Origin: Nageia nagi
Lineage: Eukaryota; Plantae; Pinophyta
Assembly (NCBI GenBank): GCA_050084985.1
Contig: JBITNC010000001.1
Location: forward strand, 111,352,001 to 111,416,000
Reading direction: 5' to 3'
Length of the DNA stretch: 64,000 nucleotides
The notes under the pieces are model-generated. The model did no database searches and was not told where the DNA came from. It worked only from the letters and a program-made list of their open reading frames with translations. Position numbers and translations under genes: made by a program. This document shows positions 1 to 11,987 of the stretch, piece by piece (position 1 is the stretch's first letter; every line of letters starts with the position of its first letter).

Positions 1-59
1 TTAGCATGCTATCTTTAGAGGATAAATCTTTAAGTAAAAAGGAGGAATTTGTATAAATT

Positions 60-410
60 TCTTACTTAATTTTTTATCTAGTATGCATACTAAATTTTTA
101 CTTTTAAGTTAAAGAGTTGCATGCTTATACTTAGTACTAAATTTTTACTTTAAGTTAAAGAGTTGCATGCTTATTGCTTAGTACTAAATTTTTACTTTAA
201 GTTAAAAGAGTTGCATGCTTATGCTTAGTACTTAAATTTTAAGTTAAATACATACTTAATACTTATTGTTAATTTAATAAATGCATGCTTAGTACTTAAT
301 TTTTAAGCTAATGATGCATATTTTTTAGAACTTAATTTTTAAGTTAATGGTGCATGTTTAAGATTTAGATTTTTTTTTAAATCAATGATACATGCTTATT
401 ATTTAAAATC
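60..410 (+). repeat. Degenerate AT-rich tandem repeats in the Copia leader (TAGTACTAAATTTTTACTTTAAGTTAAAGAGTTGCATGCTTAT-like units)
   Basis: Repeated TGCATGCTTA and TTTAAGTTAA units; an equivalent array occurs at about 63130-63520 in the second family member. Confidence 0.8.
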
Positions 411-1271
411 TTAAATTGTGATGCAATTTACTTCCTTATGCAAAAATGGCCTTATGCAAATTTTGGAATGGTGTAAAGATGTCCTTTAAAGGTTGGTAGA
501 CAAAATCCATTGGACATTTAGATTTTAATTTTTGAATGGATGTTTTTTTACTTATGCTCTTTTACTTTGTTTCATATTTTTAATTTATTTGCTTATGCAA
601 GTAAAAATGCAAACATTGAAATGAGCAATCTTTAAAATGAACACATCTGCACATATATTTCGCAACATGACTTGTTTAGGGAGCCATGAGGTGAAGACAG
701 GCGGACTAGAGCTTTTAAGTTCGACGATTCAAGTGGTGAAAAGTTCGTACTTTTCAATTATTTTTAAGTCTTCTGTTGATCTGAACATAACTCCAATAAG
801 TGGATCAGCATGTGTGTAATGATAACACATGTCCACACATCCATTCAAGGATTATCTTGATAACTTAGGAGAATAACTTGAAACCTAATCAAAATTAATA
901 ATTTGGTCGATCCAATAAACGTCATAACCTTGAAAAATAATAAGTACTTCTTGTGAGTAAGTATAATACTTACTAAGGTAAATTGGTTGAGGATTGATAG
1001 TACTTATGCTCCTCTTATGTGAGCATCCGAGTGAAAGCTTAATTTTAGACAAGAAAATAAGCTTTAACAATGTCACTTTACATCTATGGTTCTTGAGATG
1101 AGAAATATATTTGGGTACATGGATTATTATTTGAGTTGTAAAATATTTGCATTAGTGAATCAAATCAAGCATGTCTTAGTTAATTAAATGTAACATGTAT
1201 TACTTACTTGATTAAAACTAAATATATAATATTAGTTATTAAATCGCATGTTTATTATTTTTCATATTCTT

Positions 1272-4200
1272 ATGTAGCAAATTAGAGACTCCTTTTTACC
1301 TAAACACATTCTCAATGGTTCTAACTTTGGGATATGGGAACCTCAGATGATAACTGAGTTGCAGGTAAGGAAGCTTTGGTAAATAGTGAATGAAAACTTT
1401 GTACCTTCTACAAATGAGAAGGCACTAGAGGCTTACAATACGAAGAATGAGTTGGCAACCTCCATGATCTTTCGTGCAGTTTCAGTTGATGTGCTCCTGA
1501 TGATTTTCTCTTCAACCTAAGTAAAAGAAGCTTGGAATAAGCTTAAGCAAATCCATCTTGGTTTAAAGTTTTTAAAAAAATTTACTATTCTTCAAAAGTT
1601 ACTTTAATCTTATCAAAGGGAAGATGAAAATGTGGCTATCTATTTGAACAAAATCATTGACCTTAGGACCTAACTTGTTGCTTGTGGGCACAATTGGATC
1701 AACAATGAGTTCATGGTCTTCATTATTCTTTAAAGTCTTTTTTCAAAGTTTGAAAACTTTGTGATAGTTATGAAAAAAAAGCTTTATGAAGAAGAAATCT
1801 TCTCCCTTGAAAACTTTTCTAAGCTCCTTTTGAAGCATGAGGAAGCCCTTAATAAAAAGGTGTTGATTTCTTCTTATAAAGAAAATAATGTTGCTCTAGG
1901 AGCAACCAAAACTTCTTTCAAGAAGTTCAATCATCATAAGAAATTTTATCCTTCTCCATTCAAAAGATTTGAGAAAAGAGGTAATGAAAATAATAAGAAC
2001 AATATCAACAATAGCAGAAAAAATGGTAACAACTACCATTTCAAGCAAAGAGATGGAAAAGGTAAAGTAAACAATCCAAATTCTAAGATAAAGTTGATAA
2101 AAAATGTAACTATTATGGTATCCAAGGTTATAAAGAAGTTGATTGCTACAAAAAGAAAAGAGAAAAAGAATAAAGGTAATGAAAATGTAAAGAACTTCAA
2201 AGGAAAGAAAAATACTTAAATTGATTTTATTACGATGCTTTACTCTATATCTCATATTTTTTTATCTGATTGGATTGTTGATTTTGGTTGCATTAATCAT
2301 ATATGCTTTGAAAATGATAAGTTTAAAAATTTTCACAAGTATAAAAATGATGCAATTGTGATAGGTGATAACTCTATCCTTGAAGTCTAAGGAATTGGAA
2401 GTGTCTTGATTCATGGAAAGGTTCTTGAAAATATACTTTATATTCCTAAACTAAGGATAAACCTTCTCTTTGTGATTCAAGTTGCAAGAAAAAAGTACTT
2501 TTTTGAGTTTGACTCTCAATCCTGATGCATTAAGAAAGGATTTACTACATTAGTTAAAGGGTTAGGGAAAGATGATCTATACATTGTGGATCAAGTTCCA
2601 ACAAAGATGTATCTTGTTACAAGTATGTGTTCTAGAGGTAATCTTTAGCACCATCCTTTAAGGCACCTTAACCATAAGAGTATTCAAGTCATGAAAGATT
2701 AAGAACTTATGAAAGGTTTACCTTCAATTTTACATTCAATTGGTCTACGTGAGAAGTGCATTTTTAGCAAAATGCATAGATAAAGGTTTGAAAAGGATAA
2801 AGCAACAACATCTTAACCACTTCAACTTGTGCATTCAGATTTGATGGGTTCATTTTAGACTAAGTCATTTGGAGGAACATCTTACGTCTTGACCTTCATT
2901 GATGACTTTAGTAGGATAACCTTTGGGTATCTACTTGAGTAGAAAGAATAAACTTTTGAGAGTTTTAAGGATTTTAAAAACTTAGTTAATAATCAAACTA
3001 ACCTTAAAATCAAGATGTTAAGATCAAATAATGGAGAAGAATATAATAGCAATAAATTTAATGATTATTGTGTTAAGTATAGAATCAAGAAAAAATTTAT
3101 GATTTCTTACACTCCTTAGTAGAATGATGTTGTTGATAGGAAAAATAGGATAATTATGGAGATGGTTATATGCATGTTGAGTAATCTTTTTAGTTTCTTA
3201 TGAGGTGAAGCTATGAGCACTACTATTTACATCTTGAATAGGTGTCCTACAAAAGTAATTCAAGGTAAAACTACTTTTAAGGTATGGTCAAGAAGAAAAC
3301 TTAACATTTTTCATCTTAGAGTGCTTATTTGTGAAGCATTCTCCTACATTATTTGTAAAAAAAGAAAAAAATTAGATAAAAGACCTAAAAAATGCATCTT
3401 TATGGGTTATGACAGTCAACATAGAAGCTACAAGCTTTACTCTCCATCCTATAATGTCGTGTTTATTTCAAGGGATGTAAAGTTTAATAAATTTTTGAAA
3501 AATCTGCTTCTAATGAGGATGTTGATAATCCAAATGACTCGTTAGTTACTCCTAGCTGGTTGGATATTGATATAGATAAGTCACCTTAAGAACAAAATTT
3601 TCAACATAAAGAATTACAAAGTATGACCTTAAACATATCTTTATTTATCGAGATTGATAATAAGCATGAGCCTTATCCTTCAAAGAAGCTTCAAAGCACA
3701 AGTGCTGGATGGAAGCCATGAATATAGAGTATGAGATGCTTACGAAAAATGAAACTTGAGACTTGGTTCTTTATCCTAATGAGAAAAATATGATTGGTAA
3801 TAAGTGGATTAACAAGGACAAGTATAATTCTATTGGGTATATTAAGAAATATAAGGTAAGATTAGCAGTCGAAGGTTTTGCTCAAAAATACAGTTTAGAT
3901 TATGATAAAACCTTTGCTCCCATGGTAAATATGCTTATTGTGAGAATTATCCTTGCTCTTTCTATAGCTTAAAGATGAAAATTTTTTTAATTTGACATCA
4001 AGAGTGCATTTCTCAATGGTGACTTAAATATGAAAATCTTTATGAATCAACTAGAAGGGTTTATTATGAAAGGTAAAAAGTTTTTTATGTGCAACCTAAA
4101 AAGGTCATTGTATGGACTTAAGCAAGCACCTAGAGCTTGGTACATGAATATTTTAAGATACTTTACAAACATTAGATTCTCTAATTATTTTTTTACTCTA

Positions 4201-5030
4201 ATCTATATGTGCTCAATCAAGAAAAAGACATGGTCTTAATTCTCCTTTATGTAGATCTTTTTGTTCCTAAAAATAATGATGAAATCATTCAAGAGTGCAT
4301 ATCCAAACTTAAGGTAATATTTGAAATGACTAATCTTGGTCTCTCTAACTCTTAGTTGGCTAATGCTACAACTTATAAGTAATTAATTGGTAATATTTTG
4401 TATTTGACTATTTCTAGGCTAGATATTACCTTTGTAGTGAATTTGATGGCATAATTCATATAAAAATCATATGTTGAGCACTTCAATACTATTAAGCAAA
4501 TTTTAAGGTATGTTACAGGGAGTAAGAATCTTGCTCTCAAGTATTTTAAGTTGCCCTCATTTGTTCTCTCTGAATTTTCAAATTTTGACTATGGAGGAGA
4601 GAGATGACAAAAAATCAACCTTTGCATATGTGTTTAGCATTGGTTTAGGTGCTATCTCTTAGAATTATAAGAAGTAACCCACTGTTTCTCTTTTCACTAT
4701 AGAAGCTAAATACTATGCCATGTCTATTGCAACCTAAGAAGCTATTTGGCTAAAGCATATTCTAAAAAAAATTGGGTATGAGTAAGATAACTCATCTTTG
4801 ATTTCTTTAGATAATCAATTAGCTATTTTTTTAGCTAAAAATTATGTATTCCATTAGATAACAAAACATATGAAAATCTAAGCCCATTTTATCAAGAAAA
4901 AGGTTCTTTATAGCATCATACGTCTAGAGTATTATCCATCCACCTTGAACTCTGCTAATTTGTTCATCAAACCCCTTCATGAATCTTAGTTTTATCAACT
5001 TAGGGATGGTGAAGTTTCTCTCAAGGGTGA
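1272..5030 (+). pseudogene. Copia gag-pol polyprotein with many stops and frameshifts
   Basis: gag LNGSNFGIWEPQM (~1312); protease WIVDFGCINHIC (~2271); integrase LQLVHSDLMG (~2820) and ILNRCPT..KKCIFMGYD (ORF 3213-3545); RT KYKVRLAVEGFAQ, SLYGLKQAPRAW (3763-4239); RNase H DNQLAIFLAKNYVFH*ITKH (~4810). Confidence 0.93.
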
Positions 5031-5752
5031 GTGAAGTTTGAATTCTTATGTTGAATTCATATTTGTGATGATAACTTCATCCTTAGGAGGATCTTGTGCT
5101 ATATAGTGTTGATTTTTTTTGTACACCTTCATGGTAAATTCACTCTACATGAGAAACTTGTACAAATTTTAGAGCAAAAAGATTGGCCAATCTAGCACTA
5201 TTCAATTATCAATGTGTGAGGAATTCTTATATATTTTTTGACACTGTTTAGTTATCTATATGTGATAAATTTGTATGTGCATGCTCTATTTTGTAATAAT
5301 AATTAACACATATTTTATATACAATAGGTGATTATGAGTTTTAGCTTGGCATCTTCATGATGACTTACAATGCACCATTGATCAATTTATGATGGAATTT
5401 TTTTGACTCATCTATCCTTGTTGATATGAATATGTTGCATCTAATTGATCCAATTATTTGAGTTGCTTATGACTTGCAGGTTCCTTTGAGATTGCAAGTT
5501 ACTTGTTTCGAGTATGCAAGCTCTTGGAGACTTTTCATAACTTCCAGTTGGATGACTACTTCATGTACATTGAAATCAATTGTAGTTAATGATTGTATTT
5601 GGCAAAGTAGTGAGTCTCAAACTAGATATTTCTTACTTCACAAATATGTAAAAAGTTCTCATATTTGTTGTATCGATTTGGAAGAGAACTCTCTTACTTT
5701 CTCTCTTTCTTCTCTTTTATTTGTTCTACCCCAATATTGCATTAAAAGAGAT

Positions 5753-6252
5753 TGTTAGAATGTATAATGCATTATTGTAAAGGTTTGTATTAATCCTATT
5801 TGTAAATTCACTAATACTTAAGGGTTTCATTAGATACTTCAAGTATTTAAGTGAATATGATAATGTAACTTATCCTTCACTCCATGTCATGAACATTCCT
5901 CTTGGGTAAAAGGAAGTATTTGTCATGCCTTTGTACATTGGGTAAAAGAGTGATCCAAAGAAAGATTTTGGCCTATAAATAGAAAGCTCTTTCTTTGTTA
6001 TCATACATCAATTTTTGAAATAAAGTTATGCTATAGGATAGTGTTTAAGAAATGAGATTAGGATAATTATAAGAGATTCATGTTTGTGAATGAAGTGAGA
6101 TCTAATTAGTGGACGTACTTCTAGTTGAAAGAACCATTTATATCTTGTGTTATCTTTGTGATATTGCTTTGTAAGTTTGTTAGATGTGATTTATGAGCTT
6201 ACATGTGATCTTGGGAGTTTAGGAATGTTTTTGTTATATTTCAAATCTTTCA
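5753..6252 (+). repeat. 3' LTR of the Copia element
   Basis: Starts TGTTAGAATGTATAATGCATTATTGTAAA, has a TATA box (CCTATAAATAG, ~5972), probable end ...AAATCTTTCA; alignable with 60771-61180. The 3' boundary is less certain than the 5'. Confidence 0.85.
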
Positions 6253-8085
6253 AGAAGCAACAACATCAAGCAAGAACATGTTTTTAATTCCTACTTCATG
6301 AGCCATGATCTAATAATTTATGGATTTTTCTTGAATGAAATAAAATTTCTCATCCTTCATAATATAAAACTCCACCTTCAAGTTGCAATCTAATATTTAA
6401 ATAACTACTAGAAGGTTCTTTGTGAGATCAAGCACATATAAGACCTCGTTGATCTGATAATTGTTCTTTCCTAGACAGACATGCACATCTCCTTTGCCTT
6501 CAATGTCGTAAAGTGTGTCATTGCCCAAATGTACTTGACTTGGATTGGATCCTTTATTAAGTGAAGCAAACCAATCTTAATACCAATCATGTGCTTAGAA
6601 ACACCTGAATCAACATAACAAGTGGATTTGATGGATGATTTCTCTTGATGGACATGAGCAAAGTTCTTAGAGTTCTATTTCTCATATTCAACATTATTGG
6701 TAACACTCCCTTGTTTTTGTCTTTATGGTCTTTTGTTTCTCCATTGCCCTTTGTTCTTTTATTTTGCCCCATCAAATTTTGATTATTATAATTTGAAGAT
6801 CCTTGGGTAAAATAATTGTACCAATATTCAAAAAATTCATGCCCCTTTTTGCCATATATTAAAAAGCTCTTATTTGGTTTTTCACTAAAACTTGAGGTAT
6901 TCTTACCTTTGCTCTAATTCTAGAAAGACAACTTTCCTCTTTGATGTGATATCATGACTTGCTCTTCATCATTTAAATGTTCATGAGAAGCTTATTCATG
7001 TTGCAACATGTTCACTAACTCTTGAAATTTAGGTGTTTGCTTTAAAATGTTGAGTGTTGTCTTAAAGGTGCGATATTTCTCCGAGAGTGCTCTTAGGACA
7101 ATGGGTACAAGGAGCTTATCTTCCACTTTCTCACCTAATGCTTGTAGGGAGGCTTGGAGTTTTGCAATTATGGAAAGAAAAGATTCCAATTTTTCACCAC
7201 TTTTCAACTTTAGTATGTGTAATTGACCTTGCAAATGAAGAATTTGATTCTCATTCTTGGATGCAAACACTTTCTCCAACTACTTCCATGCTTTAGTAGC
7301 ATTTTTTGAATCTCGAATATGGGGTTGAACATCATATGAGATGCCAAGAAAAATGATCATATGATCTTTCTAGCTTTGTTAAGTAAAATTATTTTGTACT
7401 TCATCGATCATCGTTGGACAATTTTCATTACCAATGATAATGTCCCACAATTCTTTGAACTCTAATATTGTTTGAATCTTTGTCTTCCAAGAGGCATAGT
7501 TACTACCCTTCAAAACCTTTGAATCAGAAAACAAAAGTTTTGGAGCATTTTGGGCTATATTTGTCTCTACAAGTTGTGATCTTTGCCTTCAATCATTAGT
7601 TTTCTTTTCACACTTTCATGATATGTGGGTTGGCCATTAGGAAGAGTCATTTGTCTTTGCACAACACACTAGTATATGTGGATAATGTTGTCTCCTTGGT
7701 GCAGGTATGCATATCAGTAGAATCATAACTTATTTGATTATGATGGGCACTATATTTCTTTGCAAAGTCCTTATTCAATACACCAATCCTTCGTAAGAAG
7801 AAATTCTCCACAAATTTTTGGTAGGGGGATGAATCTCTTATGAAGTTTCTTTGATACCACATTGGGGAGAAGTCGAGATAGTTATCTTGCATTATTGTAG
7901 AGCATGAAAAAATACATTAGAGTATGAGAGTTACATTCCCATAGATTAACAAAATTACATAACCACCTTATGAAGCCCTAATATTTAAATATTGAACATT
8001 AGTAAGAAGCACTAATGTATTATTAATATCTAACATATCTAGATACCTAATGTATCTAATATTGACTAATGTATTATGTCTAACA
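6253..8085 (-). mobile_element. Older Ty1/Copia element (5' LTR, PBS, gag, protease), truncated by insertion of the 1-6252 element
   Basis: Short LTR TGTTAGACAT... at 8085-~7862; Met-i type PBS TGGTATCAAAG (7859-7849); gag ORF 6992-7279 (UBN2-like LQGQLHILKLKSGEKLESFL); protease YVDSGVSKHM (~6620-6588); the reading frame is cut at 6253 just before the pre-integrase region. Confidence 0.85.
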
Positions 8086-11002
8086 TAAGTCTCATATTAT
8101 TATAAAATTTATAAGGGAATCCATCATAACCATGTACATTATCATTGGCCATGGAAGAACAAACTCATGAAGGGCATCTTTGGTAAGGAGTTAGTTCCAT
8201 AAATCCTATTAGGATTGGGAGATCTTACACAATATTACTACTATGTGTTGTTATAATGCATGTTCCTTCATGGTAGAGGGACCCTATACTTTGAACATTC
8301 TTAGGTAGTATTTGATAAAGGCTTGAATGATGTCAAGGAGAGAGGAGAGGACATGATTTCCATCCAAAATCATTTTGATTTTTTAAGTAGCCTATGAGGC
8401 TTTCAATGCTTGGAAAATTTCATTAAAGGCTTGGTCCCCCACCTTTATCTAATGGAGTTGATCTTTGATTTGGGATCCCTTCACTTGTGGTGGTTTGTAA
8501 TTTTCTTTTGTTGTTGAAGCTTGATCACACTAAGTTGTAGGGTGGGAGAAAAGGGTAGATACTTTATCTCATTTATGGTATTAGTTAACTTCGATATGGC
8601 AACCTTATAGGAGCACCTTCAAAAGAGTGCTAATTATCATTCATAAAAATGTAAGAAATAAGCAACTTATTTTATTTAATAATCCACCATATTTCATGTA
8701 CCAAATATGGGTCAAGATTCTAAATATGTTAGCTATGAGCCATTTGTGGGGGGTGTATTAATAATGTTGTATTCATAAAAGATTATAATTTTTTTTTTTG
8801 CATGTAATGTTATACTAATCAATGTAAAAGTTAATGGAGAAGTGGCCTAATATTATGATATCAAACATGGTCTCCATAGATATAGAATAGTGATTGGAAA
8901 AAGAAACAATGGGTTGAATTATTAGCATGGGTCTATTAAACCATTTGGGAACTCTTTTCATGTTAGACCTCATATTATTCCACATATACTAAGTGGAATT
9001 ATGATGATAAAATTTGGTGTTTGGATTAAAAAAAAACCAATTTGCTACATATGTAAAATTATTCCACCCTTTCATCGATCACCTATTACATGGGGAGGCT
9101 ATTGATTTTATCAAGCATTCTTTCAATCCTGTTAAAATATCTACACATCACCCAACATACAATGAAAAGTGTATAAATAATCCATTTTCATAAAGGTATT
9201 CTCTTAGTCAGATTTTTTGAAGTATTAACATTAATATCTCTAAAGGAATGATTGTTAATGTTATAATGAATCCATAATGCTCTAAAGGTGGAGTCATATC
9301 CATGATAAATGAGATGTATCTACCAACTAGTTTAAAGAAAATAGTGGAAATATCAATCATAGCCTTAGATTCATATCATTATGAAAAAAAAACTTTTTAA
9401 TTTTGACTGTATTGAAAAAATGATTAAAAAAAAACTCTCTGAATAATATATATATTTTAAGATTGAATAATATCCAATAGAAGATTTAGATAAAAACTTT
9501 TATGTTTAAATATATTTCCTATAAGATTTGAAATAAAAGTATTTAGAAATTCATTAAAAACTATTTCAAAATTTCATAGAGAAAGGTGTGGGAGATTGTT
9601 TGGACTAATTTCTATTCACTAAGGAGTTATCACAAAAAGTTTGGCCATTTGTTTACAGATTTGACTAATTTTGTTGGAGTTGAATAGGCCTTTTTTCTTG
9701 TATTTTATTTGTGAACCAAGCATTTCAATGGTAAGCATTTTTTGGTTTACATCCTAGTATAAGCCACATAAAAAGTGCTAATTTACATTTCGCAATAAAC
9801 CATACCCAAATTCCTTGTATTACAATAATTTTTCAATTTTTCATTATTACCTAATCATCCTTTGTTGAGTGATTGAAGGGAGTTTTGGTAGGATTGGAAG
9901 AAATATTTTTTTAGATGGATAGTAAATAATATTTGATTATATGCTTAAAAAATGGCATTTGAAGTAAGTGTCATGTAGTTTAAGGTATAATATCCATTGA
10001 GTGATAGCTTGGGAACCTATTTGAATCTCCACCTTTCCCCTCAAATATATAGGGAGATTAATTTTGATACATACCCTATTTTGAGGGTAAGATTTGAAGA
10101 ATGTTTTAGGCTTTACACATACAACATGTCCTAAGGAGGATGCAATGCAATTGATGTGAGGTCAAAGAGTAAATGGAAATGTAAGGAATTCCACCGAAAT
10201 TAGGACTTGTTTGATGTGTTCTTCACAAAAATGAAGTCTCATATCTATTAAATAAAAACTAATAAGGAGTTATAAGCATACCAAATATCATGCTTGTAAA
10301 TGGATTGCATATATTTTGGGTTTGAGAAATAAAATAGAAAAAACAATTGTAATATTTTTAATGGACTCAAACTGGAACCCATGAGGGGCCCATGTGGAGT
10401 CGGTCCAACCTTTGAGCAGATATCATAGGGAAATTCTATGCATAAAATACCCCACTAGTGTAAAATCCTATAAACATTTACACCTAAAATAAAAATTAGT
10501 AATAAGAATAACATAAATAGGATAGCAAGCATGACCTCATTGTAATGACCCACCCATTATGCACTTGGTATGACCCTGCTTAGTACGGGGTGTTTGAAAT
10601 GAATTTGGATCAATTATATGCATTGATGAATTTCTCATGCACATGTATGATAATTTTATTGGATTGATGTTAGCTTCAAGAATGTTTTCTATGCAAATCA
10701 TTGGTGAACTCAGTGGGAGTTAGTTTGGAGGATTGAGTGAACCAAAGATAAGTTGATCATAGGAATCGATAAGTAGGAATAAGGAGATGATTTTTCATTG
10801 AATCTTTGAGAGCCCATAGAGGTCACCGTAAATCATGTAGATGCATTTCATAATTTTTGATGTGCATGAAGAATGACCGCAATAGAAAAATAATAATATA
10901 TAAGGTAAGTTAGCCAAAATCTTCATGAAAATGTTTTACAATACCTATGGAATATTCTATTTTTTCAAATAACCAAACGATGTTATTTAAAATGTATGAT
11001 AG

Positions 11003-11541
11003 GAAGACTAGTCCCGGGCATAAGAGATGGTGTGTGTAGCCTGACATTAATACACCTCTATAACTTATACTGAAAGTTTTCTCTGCTTCATCAGGATGTG
11101 ATTCATTCACTTTTAAATCGGATTATGGTTCGATGTATTGAATAATATGAAGATTGTGCTTTATTATTATATGGATCTCTGTTGGAAGCTAAGTCATTTA
11201 TAAGCCATAGCGAGTCACTTTCCAGAAGTCCTAGAAGTTATTATGATACGTAGGGAAAATGTCTCTCTTTTCTTTCATCAACGAACAAAAATGTTTTGTG
11301 TAAAGGCATAGTTTTATTTTAGATATTTGATATATCAATCTCCTTTTGAATCTGCGTTAGCTTCTCAGGTTTTCTCTAGCATATTGACGTTGAAGCAGTT
11401 GATGTAAGTCGTGAGGGTCAAATTATCTTAAAAATCCATGTCTGTAAATTTACTACGAGAAAGTTATGATGTGTTTCTAGTTTGATTCCTGCCTTTGAAA
11501 AATGGTATAGGTGTTATAAAAACAAAGGAGAACCTCCTTGA
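11003..11541 (+). CDS. 3' exons of a host gene, possibly decaying. Exons 11003-11029, 11095-11127, 11189-11249, 11323-11403, 11481-11541; conserved plant uncharacterised protein
   Basis: Five AG/GT-bounded segments with 61-77 nt introns and mutually compatible phases (1,1,2,2) splice to an open peptide (G)RLVPGIRDGCDSFTFKSDYAKSFISHSESLSRSPRSYYDTYLIYQSPFESALASQVFSSILTLKQLILIPAFEKWYRCYKNKGEPP*. The region retains CpG unlike its flanks. From memory it resembles a plant protein family with RIVPGIR..SPR.YD.YLIYQSP (Arabidopsis AT3G01060-like; unverified). Confidence 0.72.
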
Positions 11542-11987
11542 TCCTAAACCGTTGTCCAAATTTACGGCTGGGTCTTTCCCATTCCTGAGTAAATCTTGAA
11601 CTAATGTTTCTCAAACCATTGCCTGTGTTCTGATGGTGTTAGCTGCGCTAGACGAGTTCTACCATCATGGTAGAAACGATCTATCAGCATTATATTTTCT
11701 TAAATCATAGAAAACCTTATACTTTCGGTTTGCGGTTATGCGGGACAGTGAATAGAGTCATCGATTTTTGAATTCGTTACCATAATTTTACTTAGCATGA
11801 ATAAATTTTCTAAGCTCTTGTTAGATATGTGGGAATATTAGTATAAAAGAAAATATGTTAAATAATTATGGTGGATATAATCATACATTTAAATACAATA
11901 GAGTTTTGTATTTAAATTCAAAGGTTTGGAATTAAATTTGGTTTGATTGTGGGTTACTTGTATACTTTAAACATGGAGAAATAAATA

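Larger units (their letters stand above)
1..6252 (+). mobile_element. Ty1/Copia LTR retrotransposon, decayed; 5' LTR lies outside the window
   Basis: Long leader (1-1271), then gag-PR-INT-RT-RH in Copia order, purine tract (AAAAGAGA, 5744-5751), then TG..CA LTR 5753-6252. Leader and LTR are homologous to the element starting at 60771. Confidence 0.92.

Noticed and set aside
1896-2255. 119-aa hydrophobic minus-strand ORF
   Set aside because: Antisense shadow of A-rich gag.
8100-10300. Possible LINE RT fragments
   Set aside because: Only faint motif hints; boundaries and family cannot be supported.
11626-11690. Three-way junction with hairpin TTCTACCA-TCA-TGGTAGAA resembling a hammerhead
   Set aside because: Core is CTAGACGA, not CUGANGA; more simply a 3' UTR hairpin.
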